Positions 63,568 to 64,000 of a stretch of DNA of 64,000 nt are shown here, one piece after another. The translations under genes and the position numbers were made by a program. The DNA is from Octopus bimaculoides. Taxonomy: Eukaryota. The notes below the pieces were generated by a model that searched no databases, had not been told where the DNA came from, and worked only from the letters and a program-made list of their open reading frames with translations. Location of the stretch: positions 4,913,703-4,977,702 of the forward strand of contig NC_068985.1 of assembly GCF_001194135.2 (NCBI RefSeq), given 5' to 3'. How positions within the stretch are numbered: the first letter of the stretch is position 1; each line of letters begins with the position of its first letter.

Positions 63568-64000
63568 TCTTTGTCTAGGGTGATGTGAATACTTTGAATT
63601 AGTTACTAGTGTGGCAGTAAGTTTTCTTTGAATTGGGCAATACACTTCCTTCGCAATAGTGGAGATGGGAGCTGCTTTTTATAAAGATATACAACAAACT
63701 GTTATGATCTTCTTTACCAATGAAAAATTAGGCAGTCATTATAATGTCGACGCTTTGCTGTGTATATAACCGTCAAACCTCTCTCAAAACACACCTGAAC
63801 ATCTTAAACAGAGCCGGACGCTATAGTTCTTGTGAATTAAGTGTGAAAATATGAGAGCGCGAAGAGAGTAGACCTGTCATTAAACAACACCAACAAAATC
63901 TAAAGTCTTATAGCATAGCTCCCACGTCTACGTGATAACGATTATCACTTCATTTTATCTAATACCAGGATCGATAATACCAGGTGTGATCTCGCTAACA

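Overview
Eukaryotic, AT-rich, microsatellite- and retroposon-dense scaffold with many N gaps. The repeat content looks like a coleoid cephalopod, probably Octopus; this is an inference. One complete gene was reconstructed by hand on the + strand: a 10-exon NSFL1C/p47 (UBA-SEP-UBX cofactor of p97/VCP), CDS 17210-45848, 1107 nt, 368 aa. Its last intron (45077-45718) has minor-spliceosome (U12) signals. At the right end, on the - strand, is the first coding exon of a GT10 alpha-1,3-fucosyltransferase (63567-62630); I could not find its 3' exon. The rest is transposon-derived: RTE LINE fragments and tails, tRNA-headed SINEs, a Penelope-like RT, an R4/NeSL-type RLE element, a DD37D Tc1/mariner remnant, hAT/piggyBac/Merlin-type MITEs, Helitron ends and TTAGGG-cored palindromes. 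The most interesting unexplained signal is a set of minimal type I hammerhead ribozyme motifs. One is fully canonical, sits in a 348-bp tandem unit (retrozyme-like) and lies on the sense strand of NSFL1C intron 2. A homologous unit forms inverted and direct terminal repeats around an ORF1/gag-like cassette that has no RT (53929-56460). Others lie at the tail of a tRNA-headed SINE and in Penelope-type terminal repeats. Most entries in the supplied ORF track are artefacts of N gaps, microsatellites or repeats.
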